From Squalus acanthias (Eukaryota), in the NCBI GenBank assembly GCA_030390025.1, contig JASTWF010000035.1, positions 2,356,001-2,420,000 of the forward strand: DNA of 64,000 nucleotides, read 5' to 3'. The first letter of the stretch is position 1; each line of letters begins with the position of its first letter. Below the pieces are notes generated by a model. The model had not been told where the DNA came from and made no database searches. It saw only the letters and a list, made by a program, of their open reading frames with translations. The position numbers were made by a program, and so were the translations under genes. Shown one piece after another: positions 59,194-64,000 of this stretch.

Positions 59194-62100
59194 TCACACA
59201 GTCTCTCTCACTCGCAAAGTCTCGCACTCACACAGTCTCTCGCACGCAGTCTCTCACTCGCGCGCAGTCTCTCTCACTCTCGCACACACACTCGCTCTCG
59301 CGCACTCTCTCTCTCGCACACTCTCTCTCGCACAATCTCTCACGCAGTCTCTCTCTCTCGCGCAGTCTCTCACACGCAGTCTCTCACATGCAGTCTCTCT
59401 CACATGCAGTCTCTCTCTCACTCACAGTCTCTCTCTCACAGTCTCTCACTCACAGTCTCTCTCTCACACAGTCTCTCTCTCACTCACAGTCTCTCTCTCT
59501 CACAGTCTCTCTCTCACACACAGTCTCTCTCTCACACAGTCTCTCTCACAGTCTCTCACTCGCAGTCTCTCTCTCTCAGTCTCTCTCTCACTCAGTCTCT
59601 CTCTCTCACAGTCTCTCTCTCAGTCTCTCACTCGCAGTCTCTCTCTCTCACAGTCTCTCACTCACAGTCTCTCTCTCACACAGTCTCTCTCTCACTCACA
59701 GTCTCTCTCTCACACAGTCTCTCTCTCACTCACAGTCTCTCTCTCACACAGTCTCTCTCTCACTCACAGTCTCTCTCTCACAGTCTCTCTCTCACAGTCT
59801 CTCTCTCACTCACAGTCTCTCTCTCACTCACAGTCTCTCTCTCACAGTCTCTCTCTCACTCAGTCTCTCTCACACAGTCTCTCTCTCACTCACAGTCTCT
59901 CTCTCACAGTCTCTCTCTCACACAGTCTCTCTCTCACTCACAGTCTCTCTCTCACACAGTCTCTCTCTCTCTCACAGTCTCTCACAGTCTCTCTCTCTCA
60001 CAGTCTCTCTCAGTCTCTCACTCGCAGTCTCTCTCTCTCACAGTCTCTCACTCACAGTCTCTCTCTCTCTCACTCACAGTCTCTCTCTCACACAGTCTCT
60101 CTCTCACTCACAGTCTCTCTCTCTCAGTCTCTCTCTCACAGTCTCTCTCTCTCACAGTTTCTCACTCGCAGTCTCTCTCTCTCACAGTCTCTCTCTCTGT
60201 CTCTCTCTCTCAGTCTCTCTCTCTCACAGTTTCTCACTCGCAGTCTCTCTCTCTCACAGTCTCTCACTCACAGTCTCTCTCTCACACAGTCTCTCTCTCA
60301 CTCACAGTCTCTCTCTCACACAGTCTCTCTCTCACTCACAGTCTCTCTCTCACACAGTCTCTCTCTCGCTCACAGTCTCTCTCTCACACAGTCTCTCTCT
60401 CACAGTCTCTCTCTCACTCACAGTCTCTCTCTCACTCACAGTCTCTCTCTCACAGTCTCTCTCTCACTCAGTCTCTCTCACACAGTCTCTCTCTCACTCA
60501 CAGTCTCTCTCTCACAGTCTCTCTCTCACACAGTCTCTCTCTCACTCACAGTCTCTCTCTCACACAGTCTCTCTCTCTCTCACAGTCTCTCACAGTCTCT
60601 CTCTCTCACAGTCTCTCTCAGTCTCTCACTCGCAGTCTCTCTCTCTCAGTCTCTCACTCACAGTCTCTCTCTCACACAGTCTCTCTCTCACTCACAGTCT
60701 CTCTCTCACACAGTCTCTCTCTCACTCACAGTCTCTCTCTCTCAGTCTCTCTCTCACAGTCTCTCTCTCTCACAGTTTCTCACTCGCAGTCTCTCTCTCT
60801 CACAGTCTCTCTCTCTGTCTCTCTCTCTCACAGTCTCTCTCTCTCACAGTTTCTCACTCGCAGTTTCTCTCTCTCTCACAGTCTCTCTCTGTCTCTCTCT
60901 CACAGTCTCTCTCACTCACAGTCTCTCTCTCACAGTCTCTCACTCGCAGTCTCTCTCTCTCTCAGTCTCTCTCTCTCAGTCTCTCTCTCTCAGTCTCTCT
61001 CTCTCAGTCTCTCTCTCTCACAGTCTCTCACTCGCAGTCTCTCTCTCGCTCACAGTCTCTCTCTCTCTCTCTCAGTCTCTCTCACTCACAGTCTCTCTCT
61101 CACAGTCTCTCACTCGCAGTCTCTCTCTCTCTCAGTCTCTCTCTCTCAGTCTCTCTCTCTCACAGTCTCTCTCAGTTTCTCTCACGCAGTCTCTCTCTCT
61201 CTCAGTCTCTCTCTCACACAGTCTCTCTCTCTCACAGTTTCTCACTCGCAGTCTCTCTCTCGCTCACAGTCTCTCTCTCTCTCTCTCTCACACACAGTCT
61301 CTCTCACTCACAGTCTCTCTCTCACAGTCTCTCACTCGCAGTCTCTCTCTCTCTCAGTCTCTCTCTCTCAGTCTCTCTCTCTCACAGTCTCTCTCTCAGT
61401 TTCTCTCACGCAGTCTCTCTCGCTCGCGCAGTCTCTCACACGCAGTCTCTCACACGCAGTCTCTCTCACACTCAGTCTCTCACTCGCAGTCTCTCTCTCT
61501 CTCAGTCTCTCTCACTCACAGTCTCTCTTTCACAGTCTCTCACTCACAGTCACTCACTCAGTCTCTCTTTCAGTCTCTCACTCACAGTCACTCACTCACA
61601 GTCTCTCACTCACAGTCTCTCACTCACAGTCTCTCTCTCAGTCTCTCTCACAGTCTCTCTCTCTCGCACACTCTCTCCTGCAGTCTCTCTCACGCAGTCT
61701 CTCTCTCACTCACAGTCTCTCTCTCACAGTCTCTCTCTCTCACACAGTCTCTCTCTCACACAGTCTCTCTCTCACTCACAGTCTCTCTCTCTCAGTCTCT
61801 CACTCACAGTCTCTCTCTCACAGTCTCTCTCTCACGGTCTCTCTCTCACAGTCTCTCTCTCACTCACAGTCTCTCTCTCTCAGTCTCTCTCGCAGTCTCT
61901 CTCACACAGTTTCTCTCTCACAGTCTCTCTCACGCAGTCTCTCTCAGTCTCTCTCACGCAGTCTCTCTCTCTCTCACAGTCTCTCTCACGCAGTCTCTCT
62001 CTCTCACGCAGTCTTTCTCACGCAGTCTCTCTCTCTCTCACAGTCTCTCTCACGCAGTCTCTCTCTCTCTCAGTCTCTCTCACGCAGTCTCTCTCTCTCA

Positions 62101-64000
62101 CGCAGTCTCTCTCAGTCTCTCTCACGCAGTCTCTCTCTCTCTCAGTCTCTCTCACGCAGTCTCTCTCTCTCACAGTCTCTCTCTCACGCAGTCTCTCTCT
62201 CTCTCACAGTCTCTCTCTCACGCAGTCTCTCTCTCAGTCTCTCTCACAGTCTCTCTCACGCAGTCTCTCTCTCTCTCAGTCTCTCTCTCACGCAGTCTCT
62301 CTCTCTCACAGTCTCTCTCTCACGCAGTCTCTCTCTCTCTCACAGTCTCTCTCTCTCACAGTCTCTCTCACAGTCTCTCTCACGCAGTCTCTCTCTCTCA
62401 CAGTCTCTCTCTCTCGCGCAGTCTCTCTCACGCAGTCTCTCTCTCTCTCACGCAGTCTCTCTCTCTCTCACAGTCTCTCTCACGCAGTCTCTCTCTCCAA
62501 CGCAGTCTCTCTCTCTCTCAGTCTCTCTCTCTCAGTCTCTCTCACGCAGTCTCTCTCTCACGCAGTCTCTCTCTCTCAGTCTCTCTCACGCAGTCTCTCT
62601 CTCTCACGCAGTCTCTCTCTCTCTCACAGTCTCTCTCACGCAGTCTCTCTCTCTCACGCAGTCTCTCTCTCTCTCACAGTCTCTCTCTCTGTCTCTCTCT
62701 CTCAGTCTCTCTCTCTGTCTCTCTCTCACGCAGTCTCTCTCTCTCGCGCAGTCTCTCTCTCAGTCTCTCTCACGCAGTCTCTCTCTCTCACGCAGTCTCT
62801 CTCTCTCTGTCTCTCTCACGCAGTCTCTCTCTCTCTGTCTCTCTCACGCAGTCTCTCTCTCTCTGTCTCTCTCACGCAGTCTCTCTCTCTCTCAGTCTCT
62901 CTCACGCAGTCTCTCTCTCACGCAGTCTCTCTCTCTCAGTCTCTCTCACGCAGTCTCTCTCTCTCACACAGTCTCTCTCTCTCGCGCAGTCTCTCTCTCA
63001 CGCAGTCTCTCTCTCTCGCAGTCTCTCTCTCTCACAGTCTCTCTCACGCAGTCTCTCTCTCTCACGCAGTCTCTCTCACGCAGTCTCTCTCTCTCTCAGT
63101 CTCTCTCACGCAGTCTCTCTCTCTCTCACAGTCTCTCTCACGCAGTCTCTCTCTCTCTCACAGTCTCTCTCTCACGCAGTCTCTCTCTCTCTCACAGTCT
63201 CTCTCACGCAGTCTCTCTCTCTCACGCAGTCTCTCTCACACAGTCTCTCTCTCTCTCACAGTCTCTCTCTCACGCAGTCTCTCTCACGCAGTCTCTCTCT
63301 CCCCCCCAGTCTCTCTCTCACGCAGTCTCTCTCTCACAGTCTCTCTCTCACGCAGTCTCTCTCTCTCACGCAGTCTCTCTCTCAGTCTCTCTCTCTGTCT
63401 CTCTCACGCAGTCTCTCTCTCGCAGTCTCTCTCACGCAGTCTCTCTCTCTCTCACGCAGTCTCTCTCTCAGTCTCTCTCTCACGCAGTCTCTCTCAGTCT
63501 CTCTCTCTCTCAGTCTCTCTCTCTCTGTCTCTCTCACGCAGTCTCTCTCAGTCTCTCTCACGCAGTCTCTCTCTCTCACAGTCTCTCTCACGCAGTCTCT
63601 CTCTCTCTGTCTCTCTCACGCAGTCTCTCTCTCTCTCAGTCTCTCTCACGCAGTCTCTCTCTCTCTCAGTCTCTCTCACGCAGTCTCTCTCTCACGCAGT
63701 CTCTCTCTCTCAGTCTCTCTCACGCAGTCTCTCTCTCTCACACAGTCTCTCTCTCTCGCGCAGTCTCTCTCTCACGCAGTCTCTCTCTCTCTCACAGTCT
63801 CTCTCTCACGCAGTCTCTCTCTCTCACAGTCTCTCTAACGCAGTCTCTCTCTCTCACACAGTCTCTCTCTCTCGCGCAGTCTCTCTCTCACGCAGTCTCT
63901 CTCTCTCTCAGTCTCTCTCTCACGCAGTCTCTCTCTCTCACAGTCTCTCTCACGCAGTCTCTCTCTCTCACGCAGTCTCTCTCACGCAGTCTCTCTCTCT
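59194..64000. repeat. CT-rich simple satellite of CAGT(CT)n units, running off the window
   Basis: More than 4.8 kb of CACAGTCTCTCT / CACGCAGTCTCTCT variants. Confidence 0.98.

Noticed and set aside
59072..63838. 1588-aa S/L/H/T/Q-rich ORF
   Set aside because: Translation of a simple repeat that happens to lack stop codons; starts inside a CR1 3' end

Overview
This is eukaryotic, vertebrate-type DNA. The repeat families (CR1 LINEs with an esterase ORF1, a V-SINE/HE1-like fragment, Penelope-like elements, 30-bp and 75-bp satellites, a KRAB-less C2H2 exon) point to a cartilaginous fish; that assignment is inference. Almost the whole window is nested transposable elements. Host content: (1) two in-frame exons of an ADAM metalloprotease gene on the minus strand, a catalytic [12 protein letters not shown] exon at 55211-55353 and the next exon at 29797-29974, separated by a ~25.2 kb intron made almost entirely of TEs; (2) a CpG-island promoter and a frameshifted C2H2 zinc-finger exon at 11.4-13.4 kb. 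Notable structures: an ~11.5 kb inverted duplication (42-4405 / 7276-11510) with a private TSD-flanked insertion in each arm; five minimal hammerhead-ribozyme motifs in Penelope tails; a near-complete PIF/Harbinger transposon (transposase plus a 3-exon Myb/SANT gene) with its MITE derivatives; two full-length CR1s with monomeric 5' UTRs; a chimeric CR1-Penelope ORF; and a >4.8 kb CT-rich satellite. All boundaries and similarities were judged by eye. No alignment or database search was run.
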